Below, one piece after another: positions 9,653 to 19,390 of a stretch of 64,000 nucleotides of DNA. The position numbers were made by a program, and so were the translations under genes. The stretch's first letter is position 1, and each line of letters begins with the position of its first letter. The DNA is from Alphaproteobacteria bacterium. GTDB taxonomy: Bacteria > Pseudomonadota > Alphaproteobacteria > UBA828. The notes beneath the pieces were generated by a model, which had not been told where the DNA came from, did no database searches, and was given only the letters and a program-made list of their open reading frames with translations. The stretch is from NCBI GenBank assembly GCA_965237415.1, contig CBDEFM010000002.1, positions 3,136,001-3,200,000 of the forward strand, in the 5' to 3' direction.

Positions 9653-11388
9653 ATGTACGGCGTGGAGCTCTATGCGGCGGTTCGACTGGCGGTTGTCGAC
9701 GAGGGTTTGAGCCATCACGAGGCGGGCCGTCGGTTCGGCATCGACCGTCGCACGGTGAAGAAGATGCTGAGCTACTCGGCGCCGCCGGGCTACCGCCGGA
9801 CGAAGCCGGTCAGGCGGCCCAAGCTGGACGGGTTCACCGGCATCGTCGACGCGATCCTGGAGGCGGACACGGATCCGGATGTGCCGCGCAAGCAGCGCCA
9901 CACGGCGCACCGGATCTTCGAGCGGCTGCGGGACGAGTACGGGTTCACCGGCGGCTATACCATCGTGAAGGACTATGTGCGTTCCCGGCGGCAATCGACG
10001 CGCGAGGCCTTCGTTCCACTGCATCACCCGCCGGGCCATGCCCAGGTCGACTTCGGCGAGGCGGTGGTGGAGCTGCGGGGGCAGCGGGAGAAGGTCGCCT
10101 TCTTCTGCCTGATCCTGCCCCATTCCAACGTCTGGTTCGTCAAGGCCTATCCGAGGGAGACGACCGAGGCCTTCCTCGACGGCCATGTCAGCGCCTTCGC
10201 CTTCCTCGGCGGGGTTCCGCGCTCGATCCTCTACGACAACACCACCCTTGCGGTGGCGCGGATCCTGGGGGACGGCACGCGCCGCAGGACGCAGGCGTTC
10301 TCACATCTTCAGTCGCACTACCTGTTCCGCGACCGCTTCGGCCGGCCCGGCAAAGGCAACGCAGCCCGGGAGAAGGTCATGGTGCCGAGCTGTTCCTGCG
10401 GCTGATGGCGCGCTGCCTGGAGCGGCTCGACGCCCAGGCGACCGGGCGGCGGCGCTCTCAACTGCGAGATTGCCGGGCCAGGTCTCGTCGACGGCCCTGG
10501 TGCGTTCGGTCAAGGCTATCCGACCGGGAGACGCTCCGAGGCGACGGCCAGGCGGCGCCGTGCAGCGCCTTCGCCTTCCTCGGCGGGGTACATCCGCGCT
10601 CGATCCTCTACGACAACACCACCCTTGCGGTGGCGCGGATCCTGGGGATCGGCTTCGATTCGGTCAACGCTGATCACGCGCCGCAGGACGCAGGCGTTCT
10701 CACATCTTCAGTCGCACTACCTGTTCCGCGACCGCTTCGGCCGGCCCGGCAAAGGCAACGACAAGGGGAAGGTGGAGGCCCTGGTGAAGACGGCAGCGGC
10801 ACGGCGCCGGTTCATGGTGCCGATCCCGAAGGTGCACGACCTGTCGGTCCTGAACGAGCGGCTGATGGCGCGCTGCCTGGAGCGGCTCGACGCGCTGGAG
10901 GCAGGCGACCGGGCGGCGGCGTTGCTCGCCGATCTCGACGCCCTGCGCGATCTGCCCGCCGTCCCCTTCGAGGCCTGCGAGCATGTGCCGGGCCAGGTCT
11001 CGTCGACGGCCCTGGTGCGCTACCGGCTGGTGGACTACTCGGCGCCGGCGGTGCACGCCCACAAGAAGGTGACGGTCAAGGGCTATGTCGACCGGGTCGA
11101 GCCTCGCGCTCGGCGCCGAGATCGTCGCCCGCCATAGGCGCTCCTATGTCCGCGGCGACGTCGTCTACGACCCGCTGCACTATCTGTCGTTGCTGGAGAG
11201 GAAGCCGGGCGCCCTGGACCAGGCGGCGCCGCTGCGGGGGTGGAAGCTCGATCCGGCCTTCGACACGCTGCGCCGCCTCCTCGAAGCCCGCTTCGGGCCG
11301 CGCGGCAAGCGCGAATACATCCAGGTGCTGCGCCTGCTGGAGGACTTTCCGGAGCGCCAGGTGACGGCCGCGGTGCAGGACGCGGTGA
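9653..11388 (+). pseudogene. istA: IS21 transposase IstA, duplicated/scrambled, frameshifted and truncated
   Basis: RKQRHTAHRIFERL, PGHAQVDFG, GGVPRSILYDN, GNDKGKVE; repeat of ~10190-10360 at ~10565-10760; frameshift near 11100. Confidence 0.85.
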
Positions 11389-11389
11389 C

Positions 11390-11897
11390 TTTTCGCGCGC
11401 CAGATGGTCAGGCGCGATCTTGTTCATCGCCCGCCTCCTTCTCCGTGGCCGTCCCGTCCGCCATGTCCTCCGTCGGGTTCGCTGCCGCTTCGAGCAGCAG
11501 CGCCGCCAGTATCGGGATTACCGCCCCTCGCATCGCCGGCGTGAGTGCCGGACCCGGCTCCAGTAGTTCCAACAGCTCTCCCTGTCTTCCCATGTCGCCC
11601 TCCCAAATCCATGCGGGAGGGCGATGGTAGAACAGCGTCGATGTCCGAACGGAGGTCGCGCAGGGCGTCCAGCGCGATCCGCGGCTGATCCGTCACCGTC
11701 ATCGCCGCCGCGTCTGGAAAGCACATCCAGGTCGGTATCTGCGCCAGCGTGCCATCCGGCTGGCGGACGACGTAGATCATGGTCCCCTTGAAGCGGTGGC
11801 GCCGAACCACTTCCACGCGCTGGCCCGTGCGGGGGTGGAAGGGGTAGTGGATCTTCGTCGGACCGCCCTGGTATCGGGCAGTGTGTGGCTGTTCCGT
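11390..11897 (-). mobile_element. Fragment of a serine-recombinase-type element (two small ORFs plus recombinase start) nested in IS21
   Basis: ORFs 11424-11816 (...VVRQPDGTLAQIPTWM...) and 11408-11593 are followed by MNKIAPDHLAR at 11427, resembling the N-terminus of large serine recombinases. Confidence 0.55.
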
Positions 11898-12331
11898 CAG
11901 GCGTCGGCAAGACGCATGTCGCGCTCGCCCTCGGGCTTGCCGCCTGCCAGAAGGGCCTCTCCGTGCGCTTCACCACCGCCTCTCACCTGGTCCACGAGAT
12001 GATCGAGGCGCGCGACGAGAAGAGGCTCCTCCGCCTCCAGGACCAGCTCGCCAGGGTCAATCTCCTGATCGTCGACGAGCTCGGCTACGTGCCCCTCTCG
12101 CAGACCGGAAGCGAACTGCTGTTCGACGTCTTCAGCCGGCGCTACGAAAACGGCGCCACAATCGTGACCTCAAACCTGCCCTTCCAGGAATGGACAACGG
12201 TCTTCGCCAGCGAGCGCCTCACCGGCGCGCTGCTCGACCGCATCACCCACCATGTCCATATCCTGGAGATGAACGCAGACAGCTACCGGCTCAGGCAGAG
12301 CCGATCGCGACGCCAGCGCCCGTCCGAATAA
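11890..12331 (+). pseudogene. istB: IS21 helper ATPase IstB, N-terminally truncated
   Basis: PSGVGKTHVALALG Walker A, LLIVDELGY Walker B, IVTSNLPF, ALLDRITHH. Confidence 0.9.
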
Positions 12332-12529
12332 CCCCCCGCTTGTCCCCGTGGGCCCATAGGCCCCACCCACGCGCGGGCCGCCGCCAGCCGCGCACAGGGC
12401 GCGTCGACCCGCGCGCGGGTCCCTCCCATGGACTACGCGGACAAGCTACCACCGAGCCCGTGGTACATTTTTACGCCGCCGCGCCGGTACATAATCTCGC
12501 CGCCGTTGACACCCTTGATTGAAGTGACG

Positions 12530-12700
12530 CCGCGTCGGGTGCTACGCCCACGTTCTTTGTGTCGGCGAGATCAACGACGGCCAGCGCGCGGCGTGGTGCC
12601 GCTCGATCGAGATTGTGGAGGGCACGTCGGGGTCTCGGCGGATGGCGCTGTTTTCCGAGGATCGCGAGGTGCCGGCGCTGAACGGCGAGGCGGTCACGTT
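12530..12700 (+). mobile_element. IS1634-family transposase N-terminal remnant
   Basis: Translates VLCVGEINDGQRAAWCRSIEIVEG...RRMALFSEDR, resembling the IS1634 VLYLGEINDSQ..AW..SIEV...LALFPEDR region (from memory). Confidence 0.55.
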
Positions 12701-12780
12701 CGATGTCGCGAACGCGGCCCTGCTCGACCCCCTAGTGAGGAATATCTGCAACCAGGCGTGCCAGGAGGTCGCTGGGGTTA

Positions 12781-13045
12781 GCCCGTATTTCTCACCACAG
12801 TCACGGCCTGCGTCGCGGCCAGGCGTTCGATCCGCCAGGAGCGGGCCGAAAAGCGTAGCGGGGACTACGGTTGAGGCCCGTGACGCCGCGGGCGGGCGCC
12901 TGGCCGCGACCCGAAGGGCGGCGCTGTCCGGCCGACAGTGTGCGTCACACCGCTTGCCCGATGCCCCACATCGCGCTGCGCGCCGTTCCTACTCTGTCGG
13001 CCGGACAGCGTCGCGCAGACCATGACCGTGGCGAGAAATGCGGGC
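12781..13045 (+). repeat. Palindromic MITE-like repeat, full copy 1 (265 bp, flanked by TA)
   Basis: Imperfect ~32-bp TIR GCCCGTATTTCTCACCAC... / ...GTGGCGAGAAATGCGGGC; TA at 12779-12780 and 13046-13047; near-identical reverse copy at 27920-28183. Confidence 0.9.
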
Positions 13046-13267
13046 TAGTCACCTGAATCTGAAGTTCGCCACATAAAGACAACTATATTGCACGACCACA
13101 TTCTTCGACAATAGAGCGACTTAGTGTGACGACACTGCCAATTGAAAATGATCTCAACTTCAGTGTCAGGTGACTAGAGGAGAGCTTGATTTACACGGCC
13201 CGACTTGAGAACAACACTGGAATGGTTAAGCATGCCTCGTCTGCTCTGATCGATGGGAGGTAATCGA

Positions 13268-13726
13268 ATGGCTCGTCTCGCGAAGATTGCAGCCGCCGGC
13301 TTGGCGGCTACAGCCCTCAGTTTCGCTGTTGCGGCGTGCCAGCCGCAAATGATGGCTCCACGGGCTCTGGACGCTGCTGCTCCGGCCAATGCGATGGCCG
13401 TCGCCGAGGTCCAGGAGCTGGTCGTGGGAAAGACTATTCTCATCAGAGACGAGAATCGGAGAGTGAGTGGGGCGGAATATTTTTCTCCGGACGGAACAGT
13501 GAAATTGAAGGCGAAGCCGGACAGCATCAGTATGACATTTAGTTATAAAGGAACATATTATTTCAACGATCAGGGAAAATTGTGCACGAATTACCCCACT
13601 TTGCCGATCAACCCAAAGGAATTTTGTGAGTATATCGTCCCCTTAAGCGATGGGCGGCATGAGCTGACCGATAGAGGCGTCTATGAGCGGATCCTGGACG
13701 GTGAGCAGCTCGGCGAGCTGAAATAG
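13268..13726 (+). CDS. Hypothetical lipoprotein
   Basis: Hydrophobic signal ending AVAAC (lipobox); AEYFSPDGT and two Cys; lower-GC codon usage; alternative start at 13253. Confidence 0.65.
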   Translation: MARLAKIAAAGLAATALSFAVAACQPQMMAPRALDAAAPANAMAVAEVQELVVGKTILIRDENRRVSGAEYFSPDGTVKLKAKPDSISMTFSYKGTYYFNDQGKLCTNYPTLPINPKEFCEYIVPLSDGRHELTDRGVYERILDGEQLGELK

Positions 13727-13799
13727 CTTTTCCGGCCAGGCACTGTCGCCGATTGCAGGCGGAGCCGGGCCGTTTCACCGCGTTGGCCGCCACCCTGCG

Positions 13800-14468
13800 C
13801 TATTCCGCCGGGTCCTCCAGCGGCGCCTCGACGCGCGCACGGATCTCGCTCAACAGGCCGTCGATGCCTTTGCGATTGACGACCGAGCTGAACTCGGCCC
13901 GGTGAGTCAGCAGCATGCTGATGCCTTCGACATAGAGGTCGACAACCTTGTGGTTCCCGTCCTTCGAGCGTACGCGGAAATCGATCTCCACGGGATCGGC
14001 ACCGGAGGGCCGGGCGACCTTTGCCTGCACGATTGTGTCGCCGCTCTCGTCGGCAATGACGGAGCGCACCGTGAACTGCTCGCCACCGTAGGAATAGGAA
14101 TCGAACCGGCTCGCGTACACGCGTGCGATGAAGTCGAGGAAAATCGCTGAGAATTCCGCGCGCTGCTCATTGGTCGCCGATTTCCAATGGCGCCCGAGCA
14201 CGAAGCGGGTGACTGTCGGAATGTCGAAGCCCCTGCCCATCATGTCACGGAAGGCGGCCTCGCGCTCCGCAAGGGTGCTGTTGGCCTTGTCCCCGAGGAT
14301 GGCGATGACGTCGTTGCCGACACCCTGGACGAACGCGACCGCCGGGTCGTCGGAGGCGGCCGCCTGCTGTCCCCCGACCGCGACGATGAGGGCAGCAATC
14401 AAGGCGGCGGCCAAAAACGTGCGTCGAGAGAGACGATTGACTCTCTTCCGGTTCGACTTTCTCGACAT
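13800..14468 (-). CDS. mlaC: MlaC/Ttg2D phospholipid-binding periplasmic protein
   Basis: FDIPTVTRFVLGRHW, VVDLYVEGISMLLTHRAEFSSVV; SRRTFL Tat-like signal. Confidence 0.85.
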   Translation of the reverse strand: MSRKSNRKRVNRLSRRTFLAAALIAALIVAVGGQQAAASDDPAVAFVQGVGNDVIAILGDKANSTLAEREAAFRDMMGRGFDIPTVTRFVLGRHWKSATNEQRAEFSAIFLDFIARVYASRFDSYSYGGEQFTVRSVIADESGDTIVQAKVARPSGADPVEIDFRVRSKDGNHKVVDLYVEGISMLLTHRAEFSSVVNRKGIDGLLSEIRARVEAPLEDPAE

Positions 14469-14969
14469 TATGACCGTCCTATTCTGACTAATTGATGAAG
14501 TGTACCGGAGCTTGTCAGATTTAACAATAGTGGTCTCTCAATCGGCGCCTATTTCGGTCCGTGCGTCGGTGTAATTGCATCAATTAGAAGAGACAAATGC
14601 AACCCCCCGCATCGGAATAATCTCCTCTATTTCGATATAGTTGGGGAGATGTCATGTCACGGTCTGTGGTCCGCATTGCGTCGGGTACCGTGCAGGTACC
14701 ATACCATTTTCGAACTTCAGCGCAGCCTCAAGCGCATCTGGCATGAGCGATGGAATGGATGTCCCGCGTTCCCCGCAACAATTCGACCGGAGCGCAGTAG
14801 GCGCGATGGCTCGCGTGGTCGATCAGGGTCAGGGGGACGATCAGGCCGACAGAGACGACCACGAGGCCTGCGACCGGGAACGCGACGATCACGCCCGCCC
14901 ACAGGACAAGCGGGCGCGCTGGAGGGCGCCGTCGCCCTGGTGCTTGTTCCCGAAAGAGCGGAGCGCCTG

Positions 14970-15839
14970 TCAGACCAACTGCGTCGTCGGTGCCTGGTAT
15001 GCGCGTATTAATTCTCGCTTGACCACCGCCGGCGCCTCCGACTGCAAGCCCGGCCTTTCGAGCAACTGGATGCAAGCCTCGCCCAGAGGCGGCAAGAGAG
15101 AAGATGCAGACATCACGCTCAATGTCTTGGGCACGGTTCCTTCGGCCATGACGGTAACGGCGGTTCCTGCTTCGACTGCGGCCTGAATGACTCGCGAATC
15201 GTCGCTGCGCAGCACCTCGCGATAGGCGATGCCTTGGCTCTTGAGCGCCTCGGCTCCCGCGGCCTGGAAGAAGCACTTGTTCCGATGCCAGGCGACGGGT
15301 ACCGGCATCGAGGGAGCGAGTGCCAGCTCCGGGGCGGCTACCCAATGAAGCTGAGGCCGGCGGAGTACTACGGCTGACTGCGATTCCTCCGGCAACGTCA
15401 CGACGGCAAGATCCAGCGTGCGCGACTCTACCAACTGTTGCAGACGCCAGCTCGGCCGGCACGTAATGTCGAGTTCCGCGGCGGCGTAGTTCTGCTGCAT
15501 GTATTTCAGGAGGCCCGGCAGAAGCGACGCCTCGTAACTCTCGGCAATGCCGATCCTGATTTGGCCGATAACCCGCCTTGTCTGCGTGCGCTCGTACATT
15601 CGGTCTTGCATGTCGACGAGGGCCCGAATGTCCGGTAGCAGATCGCGCCCCTCGGCCGTCAACTTCACCTCGTGAGGACCCCGGTCGAACAGCCGAACCC
15701 CGAATGTTTCCTCCAGCTTCTGAATACGAACCGACATTGTGGCTTGGGAGCACCCGAGCTGACGGGCCGCCTCAGAGAAACTTCGCTCCACTGCAAGACA
15801 AAGGAATGAACGGAGTTGCTTGGTATCCAAATCGATCAT
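14970..15839 (-). CDS. LysR-family transcriptional regulator
   Basis: HTH SFSEAARQLGCSQATMSVRIQKLEETFGVRLFDR, LTAEG; substrate-binding domain follows. Confidence 0.9.
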   Translation of the reverse strand: MIDLDTKQLRSFLCLAVERSFSEAARQLGCSQATMSVRIQKLEETFGVRLFDRGPHEVKLTAEGRDLLPDIRALVDMQDRMYERTQTRRVIGQIRIGIAESYEASLLPGLLKYMQQNYAAAELDITCRPSWRLQQLVESRTLDLAVVTLPEESQSAVVLRRPQLHWVAAPELALAPSMPVPVAWHRNKCFFQAAGAEALKSQGIAYREVLRSDDSRVIQAAVEAGTAVTVMAEGTVPKTLSVMSASSLLPPLGEACIQLLERPGLQSEAPAVVKRELIRAYQAPTTQLV

Positions 15840-15864
15840 GAGAATCGAATAAGCCAATACTGCG

Positions 15865-15905
15865 TATTCCTCAATATGATATATTTCTTATAAGCATAAC
15901 TATTT
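15865..15905. promoter_or_regulatory. AT-rich putative LysR binding/divergent promoter region
   Basis: AATATGATATATTTCTTATAAGCATAACTATT just upstream of the LysR start; contains T-N11-A candidates. Confidence 0.4.
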
Positions 15906-16179
15906 CGTCAGGTCATGTCGCTCTCAGCGACTCCGCCATCGACGATTGGTAAGTTCACGAGGACGTCATGACGACTCTTGGACATGTATTGGAGGAACGA
16001 GTCGTTCGTTGCCCCACGTTGACCCCGGCCGTGGACGTGGTCTCTATGGCGATCCTCTCCATAATGCCTGCCCAATACGCCCGCGAGCGGCGACCTTCCC
16101 TGCTCGCTTGACAGGTACCGGGCCGCATGGTCAGTAGCGGCCCGCGCGAACGGATCGCAGGTGCGCGAAAGTCTCCCGC

Positions 16180-17124
16180 ATGACGACGGCCATCATCTTT
16201 CCCGGTCAGGGCTCCCAGACGGTCGGCATGGGCCGCGACCTTCACGATGCGTTTCCGGCCGCCCGCGCGGTGTTTCAGGAGATCGACGAGGCCCTCGGCG
16301 AGAGCCTTTCCCGCCTCATGTTCGAGGGTGAGGAGAGCGAGCTCACGCTCACCCGGAACGCGCAGCCCGCGCTCATGGCGGTCTCGGTCGCCGTGGTTCG
16401 CGCGCTCGAGGCCGAGGGCGCCTGGCGGCTCAAGGAGCGCGCTGCCTTCGTCGCCGGCCATTCGCTTGGTGAATACACCGCACTTGCCGCTGCGGGGTGC
16501 CTGGCGCTGGCCGACGCGGCACGCCTGCTTCGTCTGCGAGGCGAGGCCATGCAACAGGCGGTCCCGGTGGGCGCCGGCGCAATGGCCGCGCTGATCGGCG
16601 CCGATCTGGCCCAGGCAGAGGCAATCGCCAAGGCGGCCGCCGGGGACGAGGTCTGCGTGGTCGGCAACGACAACGCACCGGGTCAGGTCGTCATCAGCGG
16701 TACGGCGTCCGCGGTGGAGCGCGCGGTGGCGCTCGCGCCGGATCACGGCATCAAGCGCGCCGTGATGCTGCCGGTGAGCGCACCCTTCCACTCGCCGCTG
16801 CTCGCGCCGGCAGCGGAGACGATGGCGGCGGCATTCAGGGAGGTCCCGTTCATGCCGCTCGCCGTCCCGGTCGTCTCAAACGTGACCGCCCGCCCGGTTC
16901 ACGAGGCATCCGACGTGCCGGCACTGCTCGTTCGTCAGGTGACGACGATGGTTCGCTGGCGCGAGAGCGTGCTTCACATGGCGGGCGAGGGCGTGGATAC
17001 GCTGATCGAGATCGGCGCCGGCCGGGTGCTCACCGGCCTGGCGAGGCGTATCGACCGGGCGCTTGGCGCAAGCGCGGTCGGCACCGTCGCGGAGGTCGAT
17101 GCCCTGCTGGGGCGGACGGCTTAG
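16180..17124 (+). CDS. fabD: Malonyl-CoA:ACP transacylase
   Basis: FPGQGSQ, GHSLGEY, VSAPFHS. Confidence 0.97.
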   Translation: MTTAIIFPGQGSQTVGMGRDLHDAFPAARAVFQEIDEALGESLSRLMFEGEESELTLTRNAQPALMAVSVAVVRALEAEGAWRLKERAAFVAGHSLGEYTALAAAGCLALADAARLLRLRGEAMQQAVPVGAGAMAALIGADLAQAEAIAKAAAGDEVCVVGNDNAPGQVVISGTASAVERAVALAPDHGIKRAVMLPVSAPFHSPLLAPAAETMAAAFREVPFMPLAVPVVSNVTARPVHEASDVPALLVRQVTTMVRWRESVLHMAGEGVDTLIEIGAGRVLTGLARRIDRALGASAVGTVAEVDALLGRTA

Positions 17125-17159
17125 GCGCGGCAGGCAGCGGCAGCAGGGAGCGGCAAGGG

Positions 17160-17897
17160 ATGTTCGATCTGTCGGGAAAGGTGGCGCTGGTCACGGGCGC
17201 ATCGGGCGGTATCGGCGGAGCCATCGCCGAGGCCCTTCACCGCCAGGGGGCGGCAGTGGCGCTCTCCGGACGGCGCGCGGATGCGCTGGAGGCGCTGGCT
17301 GCGCGGTTGGGCGAGGGCGCCCATGCGGTGCCCTGCGATCTCGCCGATCGCGCCGCCCTCGCGGCCCTGCCCGAACGCGCGGCGGAGGCGGCAGGTGCGC
17401 CCGCCATCCTCGTCCATTGCGGCGGAATCACCCGCGACGGCCTCGCGCTCCGCATGAAGGACGAGGACTGGCAGGAGGTCCTGGACGTCAATCTCAGCGC
17501 CGGCTTCGTGCTCGCCCGCGCCTGCCTGCGCGGCATGCTCCGCCAGCGTTGGGGGCGGCTCATCTTCATCACCTCGGTGGTGGGCACGACCGGCAATGCC
17601 GGGCAGGCCAACTACGCCGCCTCCAAGGCTGGCCTCGCGGGGATGGTGAAGGCGATTGCCGCCGAGGCAGCCGCGCGCGGCGTCACCGCCAACTGCGTCG
17701 CCCCAGGATTCATCGAGACGGCGATGACCGACGCGCTGGCGGACGCGCAGAAGGAGGCCCTGCTCGGCACGATCCCCGCCGGGCGCTTCGGCGAGGGGAG
17801 CGACGTGGCCGCCGCCTGCGTCTACCTCGCGAGCGAAGAGGCCCGCTACGTCACCGGGCAGACGCTCCACGTCAACGGCGGCATGGCCATGATCTGA
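17160..17897 (+). CDS. fabG: 3-oxoacyl-ACP reductase
   Basis: MFDLSGKVALVTGASGGIG, GQANYAASKAG, GQTLHVNGGM; synteny. Confidence 0.95.
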   Translation: MFDLSGKVALVTGASGGIGGAIAEALHRQGAAVALSGRRADALEALAARLGEGAHAVPCDLADRAALAALPERAAEAAGAPAILVHCGGITRDGLALRMKDEDWQEVLDVNLSAGFVLARACLRGMLRQRWGRLIFITSVVGTTGNAGQANYAASKAGLAGMVKAIAAEAAARGVTANCVAPGFIETAMTDALADAQKEALLGTIPAGRFGEGSDVAAACVYLASEEARYVTGQTLHVNGGMAMI

Positions 17898-17931
17898 ACC
17901 CGGCGCGCTTGCCGGTCGGCCATTCCTCCTC

Positions 17932-18834
17932 CTACGGCACCTGTTTGCGTCCGGGCCTGCCGGCGCGTATTGCGATCACGCCGGCTGCGACGATCAGCAC
18001 CGCGCCCCCTGCCATGAGCCAGTCCACGCCCTCGTCCCAGAACAACCAGCCGAACACGGCGGCGAAGACCACCGACGTGTAGATGAAGGTGCCGACCCGG
18101 TCGGTCGGCGCAATGAGGCTGCCTTTTGCGAAAAGAACGTGGGCGGCGGTCGAGAAGACGCCCAGCATGATCAGCCCGGGCCAGGCATCCGCCGGGGGCA
18201 AGGTCGGATTCATCAGCACCGGCGTGAGCGTCACGAGTATGCCGATCAGGGCGAAGTAGACGGCGATGCGGATCGGGTTCTCGTCGGTCGGCATGCGCCA
18301 GATCGCGACGGCGGAGAGCCCGCCGAGCACGCCCGAGGCCGCTCCGATCAAGGCTGCGGGCTGAAAGAACTCCGTTCCGGGCTTGAGGATCAGGGCAACG
18401 CCCGCAAAGCCGATCAACACCGCTGCCAGCACCCTGCCGTCGAGCGCGAATCGAAACAGAAGAAAGCCAAGCACGGGCACGAAGATGGGCGCGCTGAAGT
18501 TGAGCAGCACCGCTTCGGCAAGCGGGAGCACGCTGACCGCGTGGTAGTAGCAGAGCAGCGCGGCCACCAGTGCCACCCCGCGCATCGCCATGAGGCCGCG
18601 ATGGGTCGGGCGCATTGACCGGGGCCAGTACCAGAGGACCCACGGCGTGAGGATCGCGAGGCTGAGCACGTTGCGCCAGAAGAGAACCTCGAAGCTGGAG
18701 AGGCTCTCCTCCGCCATCTTGATGCCCATGCCGGCGAGGGCGAACATGAGGCCCGCCGCAGCGACGAGCGCGGCGCCCAATATCACCCGCCGGCGTCCGG
18801 GCGCGGCGCCGACACTCGCTTCTTGCTCGGTCAT
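17932..18834 (-). CDS. DMT/EamA-family transporter
   Basis: About 10 hydrophobic helices, [29 protein letters not shown]. Confidence 0.85.
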   Translation of the reverse strand: MTEQEASVGAAPGRRRVILGAALVAAAGLMFALAGMGIKMAEESLSSFEVLFWRNVLSLAILTPWVLWYWPRSMRPTHRGLMAMRGVALVAALLCYYHAVSVLPLAEAVLLNFSAPIFVPVLGFLLFRFALDGRVLAAVLIGFAGVALILKPGTEFFQPAALIGAASGVLGGLSAVAIWRMPTDENPIRIAVYFALIGILVTLTPVLMNPTLPPADAWPGLIMLGVFSTAAHVLFAKGSLIAPTDRVGTFIYTSVVFAAVFGWLFWDEGVDWLMAGGAVLIVAAGVIAIRAGRPGRKQVP

Positions 18835-19081
18835 GGCCGCGTGCCTGGCGGTGGATTCGGTGCTTCTTTCATGGCTCGCGAACGGGCTTCAGGCTCGATT
18901 CGACACTCGCATGGGCGCAGTCGTTCGAGTGTATGGAGTATCGCCGGAAAATGTGTTACCTAGCGCCCCGTCCGTCCGTCCGCGCGGCACGGCCCGAATT
19001 GGGTGCGCGAGCCGCACGGGGCCGCTGTCCGTTGGTTCAGACCGGCGAAGCCGTTCACGCAGTCCGACGAGGGAAGGTTAC

Positions 19082-19321
19082 ATGAGCGATAACGATATCG
19101 CCGCGCGCGTCAAGAAGATCGTCGTCGATCACCTTGGCATCGAAGAGGAAAAGGTGACCGAGAATGCGAGCTTCATAGACGATCTCGGCGCGGACAGCCT
19201 CGATACGGTCGAGCTCGTGATGGCCTTCGAGGAGGAGTTCGGCTGCGAGATTCCCGATGACGCCGCCGAGAAGATCCTCACGGTGAAGGACGCAATCGAC
19301 CACATCGAGCAGATCACCTGA
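19082..19321 (+). CDS. acpP: Acyl carrier protein
   Basis: [20 protein letters not shown]. Confidence 0.97.
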   Translation: MSDNDIAARVKKIVVDHLGIEEEKVTENASFIDDLGADSLDTVELVMAFEEEFGCEIPDDAAEKILTVKDAIDHIEQIT

Positions 19322-19390
19322 CGGGGCGGCCAGAGAGGCCGATGGCGCGGACACGACCTGCGCGAGACCTCGATAGCCGGAGAGCAGTGG

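Larger units (their letters stand above)
9542..12511 (+). mobile_element. IS21-family element, internally rearranged, with 6-bp target duplication CCCTTG
   Basis: Ends TGTTAACGGCGG ... CCGCCGTTGACA; CCCTTG at 9536-9541 and 12512-12517; istA and istB inside. Confidence 0.9.

Noticed and set aside
14728-14960. Hydrophobic stretch VLWAGVIVAFPVAGLVVVSVGLIV downstream of LysR
   Set aside because: No credible start or RBS and no recognisable family; at most a gene remnant
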